This document shows positions 39,301-52,535 of a DNA stretch of 64,000 bases, piece after piece; positions within the stretch are counted from its first letter, which is position 1; each line of letters opens with the position of its first letter. The stretch spans positions 586,248-650,247 of the forward strand of contig MNCI01002984.1 in NCBI GenBank assembly GCA_015680685.1, read 5' to 3'. A model generated the notes under the pieces. It saw nothing but the letters and a program-made list of their open reading frames with translations, did no database searches and had not been told where the DNA came from. This DNA comes from Gnetum montanum (taxonomy: Eukaryota; Plantae; Gnetophyta). A program made the position numbers and the translations under genes.

Positions 39301-42125
39301 ATGGCACCTAAGGGAAAGCACATGTAGGAGGGAGGACCATCCTAATCAAGGGACAAAAGCTAAGAACTAGAAAGGACTAAGAACAACCCCAAGAGTAGGT
39401 AGCTGAAATCCATACAACGAGACCTCTTCGAGAGAAGCTCAAAGTAGAATCTATTTGATAGATTCTTGAAGTAGTCGTGATTGAGTGGTCTCATTAAGAT
39501 GAGGCACTAGAGCCGAGACCAAACCTTGAGGTCACCTTGATGAAGGCCTTCTTCAAGCAGATTGCATCCAAGGAGGTTTAGAAATCTGTGCTTCAAGAGC
39601 TAAACTTGGGATCCTTCTTGGAGTTTACTCCTCTAGAAGTCAAAAATTAATTGCAAAACTTCCCCATGTGGCCCACCATCACTTTCAGTGGGGAGTGGCA
39701 TAGGGGAGAGACATACCTTTTCTGGAATAATTGGTAAGATAGTTCAATGGTAAAAATCAAGGATACTTTTGTGCCCTACTTGGTAAAAGAAATCTCTAAG
39801 GCCCTTAGGTTGCTAAAGACTATAGTGTTAATCTTGCAAAAATTTCGATGCAGGAAGATCCAAGAATTAAGAAGTAATGGACGTAGTGGTATTATGGAGT
39901 GAACCACAAGGAGATTAGTGCACTCACTAGGGTGAAACATGCATACTTTAAAATTGTGGCCCATGACCTTAATCCAATGGTGAGGCCCAACAAGATCATA
40001 GCTTTCACCACCCATGTGTACGCTCCTCTAAGTGGTAAATTCCCTATCAACCTTCCATAGCTGATCCATCTTAAGATAGAGAAGTGCTTTAAGAAGAATG
40101 AACATGGAATGAAGGTACTTTCCTTCTCGTGTCTCATCAAAAAATTATGCAAGAGGGAAGGCATAACTTGCCATATGAATGATGCATTCTAACATGCTCC
40201 AACTACTTTCTGGGTAGAGATGATGAAGGATAAAGTGCTTGCAAAAATAATCCAAGAAGAAGAGAAGTAACCACCACCTTCACCATCCACTCATGAGACA
40301 ATGTCAAAGTCCTACGCTGCCCTTAAGTGCATGTGTGAACTCCAAGAGTAGCTCTTGTAATAACAATAGCAAAAAACAGGAATGAGTGATGGTGATCCAT
40401 CTGTGTATAGACTAGCCATGAGCCATCTTAATTAAGTGGCTTGAACCTTAAGCTAGATGGAGGGTGGGGTGTTAATTTTCTCAGCCCAACAAATGCAAGT
40501 GCTCGCACAATCAAATCTAGGTTCCTAAGAGGTAATAGTGTCCCTCTCACAACAACAACAAGTCCTAGACCTCTTTGGGAATGCTACTATTTTTTCAATG
40601 CATTTGGAGGAGGGTGAGGGGGTAATTGTCCTAGTGATGTAGTACAATGGGTAGGAGATAGCAGCTAAATTGGTTGCTAATAAAATGGTTGAAGCACTGA
40701 ATGCACCTACGACATATGTACGAGATGTTTCTGCACTTAGAGATGTGTAGATGTTTATAGGAACTGTCAGTGATAGAATGAGCATAGCCTAGCATGAGGA
40801 ATTATTGGATTAACTAGTGGAAATTGGGTAACCAATTCTAGATGTATTTAACCTTTTGGATACCATCACTATAATCCAATTGGAGCTACTTGAGGTAAGA
40901 GGTAAATGCATCATCATGTAGGGACAACTTGAAACAACCCAAGCTAAGAACCAATGCTTCACTGTGGAAGTTGCTGAATTGAGAGCCCGCCTCACTGATT
41001 CCATGTTGCTCAACCAAGTAATAACATGTGATGAAGCTTTTTAATATATTTAGAAGAGACTCAAATAGGTTGAGAATGCCAAGGAGTATGTAGTCTTTGA
41101 CTAGTCTTTGGCCAATGCCACAATGTACAACATCTAGAAGGACTTGGTTCAAACTCACCGAGAGAATGAGGCCTTGACTGTAGAAAATCAACATGTGTAA
41201 AATGTTCATGTGTAGAAGTAGCAGATGTTAGAATTTATTCATCAATAGTAGGAGTAGCTAGCTAGGGTGAACCCTGAACTAAGGAGGTTGGTACCAGAGA
41301 ATAGAAACCTCTTGAGATTACCACCTAGAAAATTGAGGTTCTTAAGTTTGAAAGGATAAAAAATCATTACAAGGACTAAGTGGAATTGCAAAAAGAAATC
41401 AATGAGAAGCACATTTAATTGGAAAAGGAAAAGGTTGATGAGGTTTTCTAACAGCTCCAACAAGGAGGCAATGTCTGGAAACCTATCTTTGATGTGCTAA
41501 ATGCATATAACAAGGCTAAAATTGGCATGAAGGAGTTGAAAATCAAGGAAATTATAGAAGACATGGATCTTGCCAACCTCAGATATGCAAACTAGGTGAT
41601 GCTGACTGTTGGTAGGCTATGGTCAAAGTTGGAGAAGTAGGTGACTAGCTCGTACTTGTTGTATGAGGAAGAGTTCAAGCACCATAAAAAGACTAAGCAA
41701 AAGCTTGAGACTACAAATGTAGAACTCAAGGTTCTCAATGCAAAGTTCACTAATTAGAGATCAATTACTGAGAACTTGGCCAAAAAAATGAATGGCTACC
41801 AGGAGCTACAAAATGCACTCAGGGCATTCAACATCGAACATGAATAGTTCACTACCTGGTTTGTCAATGTGAAGAGTTGTTCCTTACAATGCCTTGTTCG
41901 TGGGATATTTCCACTCTAGCCCACATTGAAGATGTAGCATGGACCTTGAATGATCATTGGAGTAAGGAGGTGAAGATGAAGGAATTATTAGACACCTTCT
42001 ATTTTTCACCAAAAGTTGCAGTAACAACAGGACAACCACAACAACTGCCTAAACAAGGGCATGCACTTGAAGTAGAAGAAGGTCCTTTGGAACCTCAAGA
42101 GCCTCTACCACCTAGGATTGTCTAG
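39301..42125 (+). pseudogene. Accessory (env-like position) ORF of element B, ~2.8 kb, decayed
   Basis: ctaat...catag|ATGGCACCTAAG start; homologous to 1-1531; E/K/L-rich C-terminal half. Confidence 0.72.
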
Positions 42126-42356
42126 TTTTCTTCATCATCTTCTAGCCTTCTGAGGACTTATGATTGTCATTTTTATCCTAGTGTTCAATTTTTTTTTATC
42201 TTGAACACCAATTTTTGTAATGATTGTAAATCCATACACTTGGACACTCAATTTTTGTTGTGTTTGTTTTGTGTATCTATAGTTAGTTAATAATCACATA
42301 CCTTTCCAAATTTTGTAAAAAACTCAAGGACAAGTTTTTATTTAGCCATGGGAATA

Positions 42357-43099
42357 TGATGAATCATGATTGTTGGGCCACATCAACAAGATCTCATCAA
42401 TGTGATCCTGTTGACATGGGATTTGTTAAGTGTACACATGCCCATTGCATTTATGACAATCTTTTTATAGTTGTAGCAAAGCTCTTGTAGTTTTTCCCTT
42501 TGAGAGTTAGAATATTTTCTGAGCGCTTGTAGTAAGAGTCAAAGAGTGTACAGATCGTTATTCGAGCATTATTGTACCTAAGCACTTCAGTGTGAATGGA
42601 AATAAAGAAGAACTTTTCTAATAAAACCTTGTAGCACTTGGAACAAATTAATTGTTTCCTTAAGCATTTAATATTCATGCAACTTACTTTAATATTTTTA
42701 AGTAATTAATTAATATTGATCAAATAGCATACATAAGTACAATCACTTTGATCATACACTTAACACTTGGTAACTTAATAGTGCTCTACGTGTTCAAGAT
42801 GTGGACGGAAAGTAGAAACAGATGCTTATGTTAGGATTAGTTAAGTATTAGCTAGTTATTAGATTTATTCTTGTTCTTAAGTGACTTAATTCATAAAAGG
42901 ATAAAATGATAAAAATTATATGCCTCAATTACACTTAACCATATACTTGCACTTCACAAATGGAACTAGGAAGACAATGATTAGGAATGGTTAGATTCAC
43001 CTCCTAGACCCAATGTAGTTAGAAATCAAAAGTCTACGGAATTCGACTAGATCATTGAGTGAATGCTAGTTGGACATAGGGTATACTCGCTGCTCATCA
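42357..43099 (+). repeat. 3' LTR of element B
   Basis: TGATGA...TCATCA inverted termini, preceded by a PPT-like ...gggaata; homologous to 11701-12543. Confidence 0.9.
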
Positions 43100-46000
43100 C
43101 ACATTAAAGTCTTCATAAAGGATGAAGGACACTCTAGACATGTTGATTTAAAAATTAAATATGTGTTAATCATATATACATTTCTTTGTAATAAGATTTT
43201 AAATATCAATTCCAAGGCTATATGGTTTCTCTAAAACCTCGATGTTCTTTCTTCTCCATAAACTGGAGTTTTAGAATTTTAAAGATCATATCTTCTAATT
43301 TTTGTTCAAATGTTTGTACCAATTCAAACTTGGCTTCTTTATAAAATATCATATAACCATCCATATTGTAATTCCTATAACATGCTAGTCTATATGTCTC
43401 AAAAGAAGAACTTCTACAAGAACCTTCTTATTTATAAATACCTCTTGTAGGCAAGACTTCTTATAGGCATAAGACATCCATATTCATGTTTTGTAATTCT
43501 ATTAGGATATGTGTTGCAACTTTCATTCTTATTTTTGGATTCTCTCTTAGGTCATTTTTCTTCATGGGTATCGTACACCTTGCTAGAACAAGATTATGAT
43601 TCTCCATGATGTTCTATTGTATGAACTAGTTGTAGGTTGAATTGTTATATACCTTCATGATCATTTTGGTTCACCACTAATGCTTCAATTGATTTTGGAT
43701 TGGTAACAACTAGCTATATTACCTAGACTTTTAATGACCTTTCTACCCTCCCTCAAACATTGACTCTGGCAATGTAACTAATGATACACTAAGGGTTAGT
43801 AATTTAAGACTAATCATTAGCATTGCTAAACATATACTCCTAAGGCCCAAGATCACCCAAGGGGTTATATTTTTTAGTTCCAATAATTAAATTATTATCC
43901 ATGGTTAGTTATTCTATGCTATGGCCTCTTAAGGCATAGTTTAAGATATCACCAAGTTTTTGGATACTCAGATGATCAATTTGGCCTCACCATTGAGTTA
44001 AAAAAGCTAAAAAATGTTAAAAATTGATATCATATGCCTGAATTATGCTAAAATGAGTCTCCGAGGATCTTGAGGCATCATGTTGAGCAAGGAGTAAAAA
44101 CTAATTTTTAGAGCTTTGTGAGGCAAATCTAAATTCTCCTTTGTATCTAGAAGTTGAAATCTATAGAAAACAACTCTTTGTTTGCTGAAAAAGACTTCTG
44201 AAGTATAAAACTTTAGCATGGAAAACAAGACTTGTCAAGAGGTCACCTATCCTAGTATTACTCTAGGATAAGCATGCTTAATTACATAATTTTTATCTTG
44301 CTTGTTGCTAAAATGTTAATTTGACTTGGTAGTCCAATTTTACCACTTTTATTATTTAAAATCTTCTCACCTAAATTTCAATTTTAAATTTTCTATTATT
44401 TAATGATTTTGAAAATTCTCTTCAATTGATAAATTTTCCACCATGTGATGGTAAATTTTTGGTGGCTAAAACTACCAAAGAAGGAAGGATTTTTCAATGC
44501 GAGTGATGTTTGTATGCTACTAGAGGAGGTAGGAGTTTTTGGCATAGGTAGTGTTCATAAACTACAAGAGGAGACAAGATCCCACAATATGATGTTTGCA
44601 AACACCATGGCTTGTTGAAATTTGTGGCAAATTTTCTAGCGGTTGTGGAAAGGAAGGTATAAAAAATGATAAAGATGTTGGGTTGAGCAGGCGAAGGGCA
44701 TGAACAATGAGTATTGGCAGGTAGAGAATGTGTGATGATGAAGGCATATAAATGGTAGTCAATGACATGGAAACAATAGGGCACAAGGCATACATGAGGG
44801 TCATGGAAGGCTGCAAACAAGTGTTTATTATTGTGCCATGCTAGGGCGGTGATTTGTGTAGTGTTGATGTGTGGTAAGGGTTTGCACGACGATGCAAATA
44901 AGATTTTCTTGGGTGGTAGCATCTATGCACAAGTAGTGTGCAGCAATGAGGCTTTGTAGTAGCCATGCATGTGGTGGTAGGGAAACAATGGTCTGGGGTT
45001 GTGTAAGCAAAGATAGGAAAATGATGGCATGAGGCTATGTAGGTGATGATACATAACCCGTTGTTTGGCTAGCCGCAATGTTGCGGGGTAGGGCCCTACT
45101 ACGCAATAGTGTGGTAGGCTAACATTGTAGCCTGGTCACTCGTGATGCTATGGGGGAGGGCCCTGCCACACAATAGCATAGCAGGCTAGCATTGCTGGCC
45201 ATGATGCTACATGGTTGGCAAGTGCCATGGCTAGGCCAACCGCAACACAGCATGGCTACGCCTTGCAACCCTACCATGCTTTGGCTTAGCTAGTCTAACT
45301 GTAAGGGTTAGGGCAAAAGTTCATAAATTTAATTTAATGAAGTTCATTTTTAATATTTTTTTTATTTTATTAGTTTTTTATTAACAAAATGATTTAAATA
45401 TAATTAAGTATATTAGTTTTTAACATTTAGGAACTTAGCTCTAGTGGTTAGCTAGATGAAGCCTATGATATTGGGATTGATCAATAGGAGGCCTTGGGTT
45501 TGATTCCTAGTCCTTGGCATTTTAACATTAAGTTTTTTTTAACTTATTATTATTATTTTATTTCACCTTGCCTCGGTGGTTGACCTGGTAGTTTAATAGA
45601 TGACAGGGTAAGGTTTGATTTGGGTAAGGGGAGGTTCTAAGTCCAATTCCTGATCCATAAATTATTAACTTTTTTAAATATTAGTTAATTATCTAATTTA
45701 TTAATATATTATTATTTTTATCATGCATAATGAGAAATTTAAAATGGTAATATCTCCTAAACCATAAGTCCAATTAACACAAAAGTTATACCATTGGAAT
45801 TGTATCAATGAGTACTACACGTTTGGCATGGTTTCAAGGTCCAAAACTAAGTTAGATTTTCAAGATTTGAAAGGATAAAAATAGCCTATTTTGTTAAATT
45901 AACATTACTAGGTTGATGTATGAGCAACATGAGAATTATAGATAGCTTGGATTTGATTATAAATGATATATTGACTCTTAAACAAAATGTAACACATACA

Positions 46001-47550
46001 TCTTACAATTTCACAACTGTGATGTAAGCTTGGAGCATTATTATACCCTAACGAGGTACTAAGGAGAAGGCTTGGAAAGTAAGACATCACAACTTTAACC
46101 ATCAAGTATTGGTTTCTTTATGAGTTTCATGATAATAACCATTGTCAATTAGGTATGGATGAAACAATCTTATAGGTTGAATTTCTTAAACTTACTAATA
46201 CATAGCTCTTAGCTAAGATGAGTATTGCCAAGTTATAGGGATAAGGTGTTTAGGAATAGTAAGTTTGAAACAAGACAAGATCAACTTATGCCATGGTTAC
46301 TAGCCTTAGGGAGGAACTTAACAATAACATTAATCAATTAGCATTATAACAATACTATATGATGGGTATGAGTTACCTAGACTAGTGTATCCTTGTCTTA
46401 CCAACATCTCTTCTAGTTGATGTATGTTGTTGAGGCATAATCAAATCTTCTAATTGCTTCCTGAAAGAATCTGATTAGTTGGTGAAATCTATCTTGAACA
46501 TGATATGCATTCGTGGTTCTTTTGTAGATGTGTGGTCTTGACTCAGTTATTCTTGAAAATCACTGAGAGATATCTCTTTGCATACATGGATTATTTTTTA
46601 TATGAGATGCATTTGGTGATGATCCATGACTCTTCCTAGGTCATGGCTCCATGATTCATCATTAGATTGTAGTTGGCCCTTCATTTTAATTAGCCCTTGG
46701 GTTCTAGTTTTCTTCGATACCAAATGGGACATCCCATCCTTAGATGTCATGGAAAACATCAAATATACATTATATTTGACATTATACATAAAGAAAATAT
46801 GTGATAAACATCAAATACATGTTACATTCAACATTATGTGTAAAGAAAGTAATTGAAAAAATATAGAAGGAAACTAAAAAATGCTTTATTAATGTGGAAT
46901 AATGTATTTGGTTCATGCTCTAAGTGTTTCTTGGGATTACCTTCCTTCGACATCTAGCCCTTAGAGGCTATCTAGCACTACCATCATGGTTAGAACTATA
47001 ACTAGGCAAAAGGGATGGTCATTTCTCTTACTATCCCACTTCACTTGACACCAATTACTCACCTTTACCAACACCACAACTCCATGCTAATACAACCTCT
47101 AATACTTGGGTATAAATACCTTAGGTCAAAACCTCAAAGGTCATCTTGAGGACATGTCCATTATTACAATGCATCCTTTTGGGTCTTAATTACAACTTGC
47201 TATTTTGGATCTTAATTGTAATAATCACAATTCTTGTTATGAAGAGACACCATCTTCATTATGTAGTGGCGTCATTCGAGAATGAGAACATAACACTTGA
47301 AATTCTAAGACATGAATACATTCAATTTCTCAAAGTTTCTTAAGAAAAAAGGACTTACAAGCTATAATCTTGGCTAGTGGGTTGAATATGGACGTAAGCT
47401 ACTTAGAGAAATAGACGAAGATGAGTAGCTCTTCCAAATTGATGATCAGCATAGTTACACATAAGAGCTCAAGTCTAAAAATTTTAATTATTTACTCTAA
47501 TGTCACCAATTCTATGAAAGCTTATGAATTTACAAAGTTGAATTCAAGCC
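43100..47550 (-). mobile_element. Unclassified, heavily decayed repeat-like region, probably an LTR-element remnant
   Basis: PBS-like TGGTATCGAAG (minus strand, 46712-46722) next to a candidate LTR boundary tgggacatccc at 46725. No protein domain recognised. Confidence 0.4.
45430..45660 (+). other. Two tandem tRNA-like (Pol III box A/box B) cassettes
   Basis: TAGCTCTAGTGG at 45436 with GGTTTGATTCC at 45497; TTGCCTCGGTGG at 45568 with AGTCCAATTCC at 45640. Each is followed by T runs. Confidence 0.5.
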
Positions 47551-50500
47551 TGTGGGTTGTTGAACTTAGAAAGGAGGGGATGAATAAGTTTCCCAAATAA
47601 AAACTTAAATAAACAAACCACACATACAAATTTACATGGTTCCCCAAATTGGGTACTCCACACTCAAAGGGTAGATTGCAAGTACACCTTTGGACTTTGT
47701 TGCTCTTAAATTATGGTTGAAGGGTTCACACCCTGTATAGTCATCAAGCCCTGCTCTAGAGTGTTGTACTGCAACACTAATCACTCAACCCCACAAGGTC
47801 CCATCAGACTTGAAAATGTGGTTTCAAGGCTTCCACAACCTTTACAATCTTAAGTTCTTCATCAGTGTGTTCTACAATAGCACCAACAACTCAATCCTGT
47901 AGGATCCCAATAAGCTCAAGGAACTCAACCCCTTAGGGTAAGAAGAACAAGAAATACAAGAAATGATTACAATTCAATTTGATGATCCTTACACAGTTAG
48001 GTATAACACACTTTACAAAGCCAAAATGATTAGATAATGAGGAGCAACAGAGAATTAAATAATTATAAATGATTGTATAATAAATACAATAATGCTTGCA
48101 CATTTTCCAATGCATATGAAGTCTTCTTATCACTACCATTTTGCTAAATCCTTCTAGAAACTCATGTAACAACTAGCTAACGATCATCAATAGTCATGGG
48201 AGACATCTTTCTCGTGCCTGAGATGTCTCTCTAAATTTGGCTTCAAATCTAAGAAGACATATTTGTTTCCTAAAAGACTTTTGAAGTCTCCATCCTAGAA
48301 GACATCTTTGCTCAATGAAAGATGTCTTTTTGTATTTGGTCTACATTTTGTAAAGATGTCTTTGTCTCATGAAAAATGTCTTTGACTAGGGAAAGACATC
48401 TTGCTATTTCTAAAGATGCCTTTCTAGATTTTCTCTGAGTGCATCCTAAATCTAGCAAGATGTCTCTTGCTTTTCAAAGATGTATTTCTTCATCTTCCTT
48501 TGTCTTTTGAATGCATCATTCCTTGTCCATACTCTTGACATTCCACATGCTTAGATGATGATAACTTTGCTTGTTCAATATCAAGTCCTTGTCCATGTTC
48601 TTTGGATGTTCATTTAAAGACATATGGATGACCTCCTCCTTTGAGCTATGGGATAGTTCATTCGATGTCGTCTTTAGCTCATCTTGGTTTCCCATGTACG
48701 TAGTCCTAGAATCACAATAACCATACAACCATGCAAACAAAATTTGTCTCCATTTACTTAATATTTTGGGCACACCAAAACACACCAAAAAGAATATCTA
48801 CCTTTTTGGTGATGTTTAAAATTGAAGAAAATGGGTTAGTGATCATACAAATATAACCATACTACTCTCCCCCTTTTTGAATAGCAACAAAAAGGATAAG
48901 GTGCACAGACTTGGATAGAAAAGATATAAAAGAAAAATATAATATGGAGAGTCAAATATCACTCATAATCCTAAAAGGATATAGGAAATATATATTTATC
49001 AGGTTCATGAATAGGTACCCCAAATTTGGCAAGCCTAAAACAAACCTTCCAAGTGAAATGTAACCTTGAAGTGAAGCAAAGGCTTAAGCAGCCTATCTCT
49101 AAAACAATAAGTCATTAGTAGTGCAAGATGCTTGGAATTCAAATAATCTTTATTTTTATACAACATTACCAAATGGACATATCTTTACGGTGAGGTAAAT
49201 ATAGACATACAACTGCACAATGGAATCCCATAGAGTAATCATGTTATTGCTCACAATGTAGTAGGTGATGTACTACATCCTCCACTTAAGGTGTGATTGT
49301 GAAAATTAAGAACTATTATTTTGAGGTCAAAACAAGGAGCTGAAAGAAATTCAATAAGAACCATTGACAGTCACTTTTAAAGATCAAAGTTATGAGTGAG
49401 ACATGCATATTCCATTGTTGTTCAAGGTAATGCAACATCCAAAACCATTGAGCAAAGATAAAACATGCTGATAAATAGGTAGTATAATCACCAAAAAAAA
49501 AGTCAATAAATACAAAATATCAAAGATAGAGCACGTAGAAATAGGTGTTCCATCAAGTATCACACAAATAGAAAAGCAAGAATATTACAAGTGTTGCCAC
49601 ACATATATCAAGAATTGATCCCAATTTTTCAACTAATATTGAACTATGAATGTTAAGGAGTAAGTAACCTATTTTCAAAATAAATTAGTATTGATCTTTC
49701 ATCTTGGTAAATGAGCATATAGCAATCTACAGCTTGAAACTAGCCATGCCAAATTTCCAAAATCTATATCTCAAGGAAAATTATTCAATGGATAACTTAA
49801 TCAAAAGCACAGATACCCAAAAATGATCATGGCCTTGCTCATAATATTAACTACTTACTGTATAAAAATGGATACTTCATGCTTGAGATTATGATTGAAC
49901 ATCGAATAGGTAGGCTGTCAGTTCAAAATCCACAAGGACCAACACATAAATTGATACTAAAGATGAAAGATAGATCATCACAAAAAGAACTAGTCTAATA
50001 GAAACAAGGGCATAAGAAATTCTAGTTTCAACCAAAAGAAATCATCAATAGAATATAAAATCCATGAATTTTTAGATTGAATATAATAACCATGCATATT
50101 TGCATTTTGAATAAGGCAATACAACCACTTAAAAACAATTGATGCTGATAAAGAACTAAGTATCCATATATCATTAAATATCTTTTAAAGTCCTCATATG
50201 TACCAAACATAACCATTCATCAAAAATAGCTCAAGTTGATAGAGAACTAACTATATAAATTTGATTAATTGTTAAATACATCTAAAAGTTCACATATGCA
50301 ACACACAATCATTCAAGATTTTGCCATCCCATTAAGTGAAAAGTACCTCTTGATGACCTTTCCTTGCTTTTTGTGCATTTTGGCTAAAGTATCCATGGAC
50401 TCCCCCTATATTGATGGCCCCCAAGACAATTGAGATGTAACATATGTGCTACTTATCTTGGGCTTTTGTGCAAAAATAACAAACACAGTATAATAGTAGA

Positions 50501-50809
50501 TCAACATCAAGCTTAATTTGTAGAGATCTTGATCTTCAACTAGCAATATTGATAGAGGTTTTTCACATCTTCTAAATGGAAAAAATCATTTCAAAGACTA
50601 TGAGCATGGATATAGATCATCACAAGAATTTTAGATTGAGCAAGACAATAAATCAAACTAAGGGAAATTATTACAAGATCTATTAAATCTTCACAAAACT
50701 AATCAATATCATGAATGAATGAGAGAAATGCTCTAGACACTTATTCCACATTTTCAATTTAAGACATGGATAATTTGCATTATCCTTATTAACTAGGAAG
50801 CTAAGAGAT

Positions 50810-52490
50810 AGAGACTTACCTTGACTTACCTTCCTTACCAAAAAATTAGAATGATTAATGGAGTTTGACATGAGATCCCCTATCAAGAAGTACCTCCTCA
50901 TCCTTAGGTTCTCTTTCATTAGATCATTTATGTGATGTCTCTATTTGTTCATTTTCCTTGTGATGAAACTTTGAATCAATTTTTGCATTATTTTCAAAGC
51001 TACACTACTCTTCATTCTCACTTATTGATGCCTGCATAATTTTCTTACCAAACCCCTTTTGACAAGACCAAGCATTCATCATATTTTGATCATCATAATT
51101 AGGATTTTGCACACAACCAAAATTTTTACATATAAAAGTAGTTTTATCCTTATGATCAGAATTATCAAACCTTACTATGCTTGACTTTGAGCTTGAAACT
51201 TCAAGTGTTTCTTCATCTAAAGTTTTGGCTTATTTTCAAGAATCTCCTCATCTTGAATCTTGCTGCAATCCTTGTTACAAGAGGTTAGTGGTTGAATCTT
51301 AGCTTTTATGTTTGAGATTTCTTCTTTCATTTTAGCATGAATAGCATTTAACTTAGAAAGCACTAGTTTCTTTGCCTTCCTAATAAAATGATGTAAGAGA
51401 AAAAATTCTTCTTTAAATTCTATATACCTCTCATCACACTTACCATGTTGTTCAACCATATGTGAGGAAGATTCATTAGTAAGCATCATGCAGATGAGAT
51501 GAGAATCTTTAGGAGAATGACATGCTTCTTCTTCACTTTGCTCACTTCAGTTCCTCATCATTGGATCTATTCTTTGGCTGAACTTTGCTATCATTTAAAT
51601 CACTAGAACATCTAAAGGCATATGACCTCTTCCTCCACAAACCTAACACTTTATGGACGAAAAATCTAGATTAGGAGAATTTAAAATCTTTCTACTTCTT
51701 CCTCTACCTATGAAGAAATTTGATCTTTGTTTTTGTTGAGATGTCCCTTTGTTCCTTCTTGTAAGTAATTATTGTAGTCTTCTTAAGAGAAGAGCAATCT
51801 TGTCTTCATTACCCTCATCATGCTTATTGACCTCCTTCTTCTTCTTGAATTGCTCCTTCTCTTATGAGATTCATTTCATAGGTGATGGAGCACTTTGAAG
51901 TTCCTCAAATCTCAAAGTTGAGAAATCTTTGATTTTCTTCATGGCTATGACTTTCAGCCTCAACTTTCATTAAAGAGTTCTAATCATTTTGATGATGATG
52001 TCACTTTCAAGCAAGTCTTTCCCTATTCCTCTAATGGCTACAACAAGATTGTTAGATCTATAAAAATAATCCTTGATTTTCTCACCTTCTCACATCTTGA
52101 GTTTATCGTTTTCACTTTTTAGAACTAACAATTTTGATTACTTAACAATAGAGGTTCCTTCATAAGTAGCTTCTAAAGTTTCTCAAATTTCTTTGGCCAT
52201 TTTACATCCTACTATCCTATCAAATTCATATTTATTCAATGCACAATATAAATAATGTTTTTGCTTTTTAATCAAACATGAACTTATCCTTTTCTTCTTG
52301 AGACCATTTGTTGCATGGCTTAATGATGCTTGTGGTGCCATCGACAGGTGGAGTGTAGCCTTATAAGATTGACTTCCAAACTTCAAACTCCATGGATTTG
52401 AAGAACCCTTACATTCTGGCTTTCCAATAGGTGAATTCAAATCTGTCAAACATGGGTGGCTTTGTCGAAGAAGTTCCCTCCATTGTTCAC
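50810..52490 (-). pseudogene. Copia gag of element F
   Basis: LYCALNKYEFDRIVGCKMAKEI; knuckle C*VCGGRGHMPLDV at ~51610-51650; 51217-51489 is homologous to 16866-17102. Confidence 0.86.
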
Positions 52491-52522
52491 TCTTGAAGTT
52501 GATGATGAAACAAAGAGTACTA

Positions 52523-52535
52523 GGCTCTGATACCA
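52523..52535 (-). promoter_or_regulatory. tRNA-iMet primer binding site of element F
   Basis: Reverse complement TGGTATCAGAGCC, 2 nt from the LTR. Confidence 0.92.

Larger units (their letters stand above)
32251..43099 (+). mobile_element. Element B: 5'-truncated Athila-type Gypsy, same family as A
   Basis: Partial gag, protease ALLDSGSSVNLI, RT FMDD, RNase H, integrase, accessory ORF, PPT and 3' LTR. Confidence 0.93.

Noticed and set aside
40522-40740. Segment present in B but missing in A, with GT...AG-like ends, as a lost intron
   Set aside because: The junction in A keeps the acttg/acttag bases upstream of the would-be acceptor, so it is not a precise splice. A microhomology deletion fits better.
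1-43099. A and B as arms of one giant inverted-repeat element or a recent inverted duplication
   Set aside because: They are substantially diverged, have different indels and carry different nested insertions, so they are independent copies of one family.
44494-44922. 142-aa ORF
   Set aside because: No recognisable motif; low-complexity sequence in a decayed repeat.
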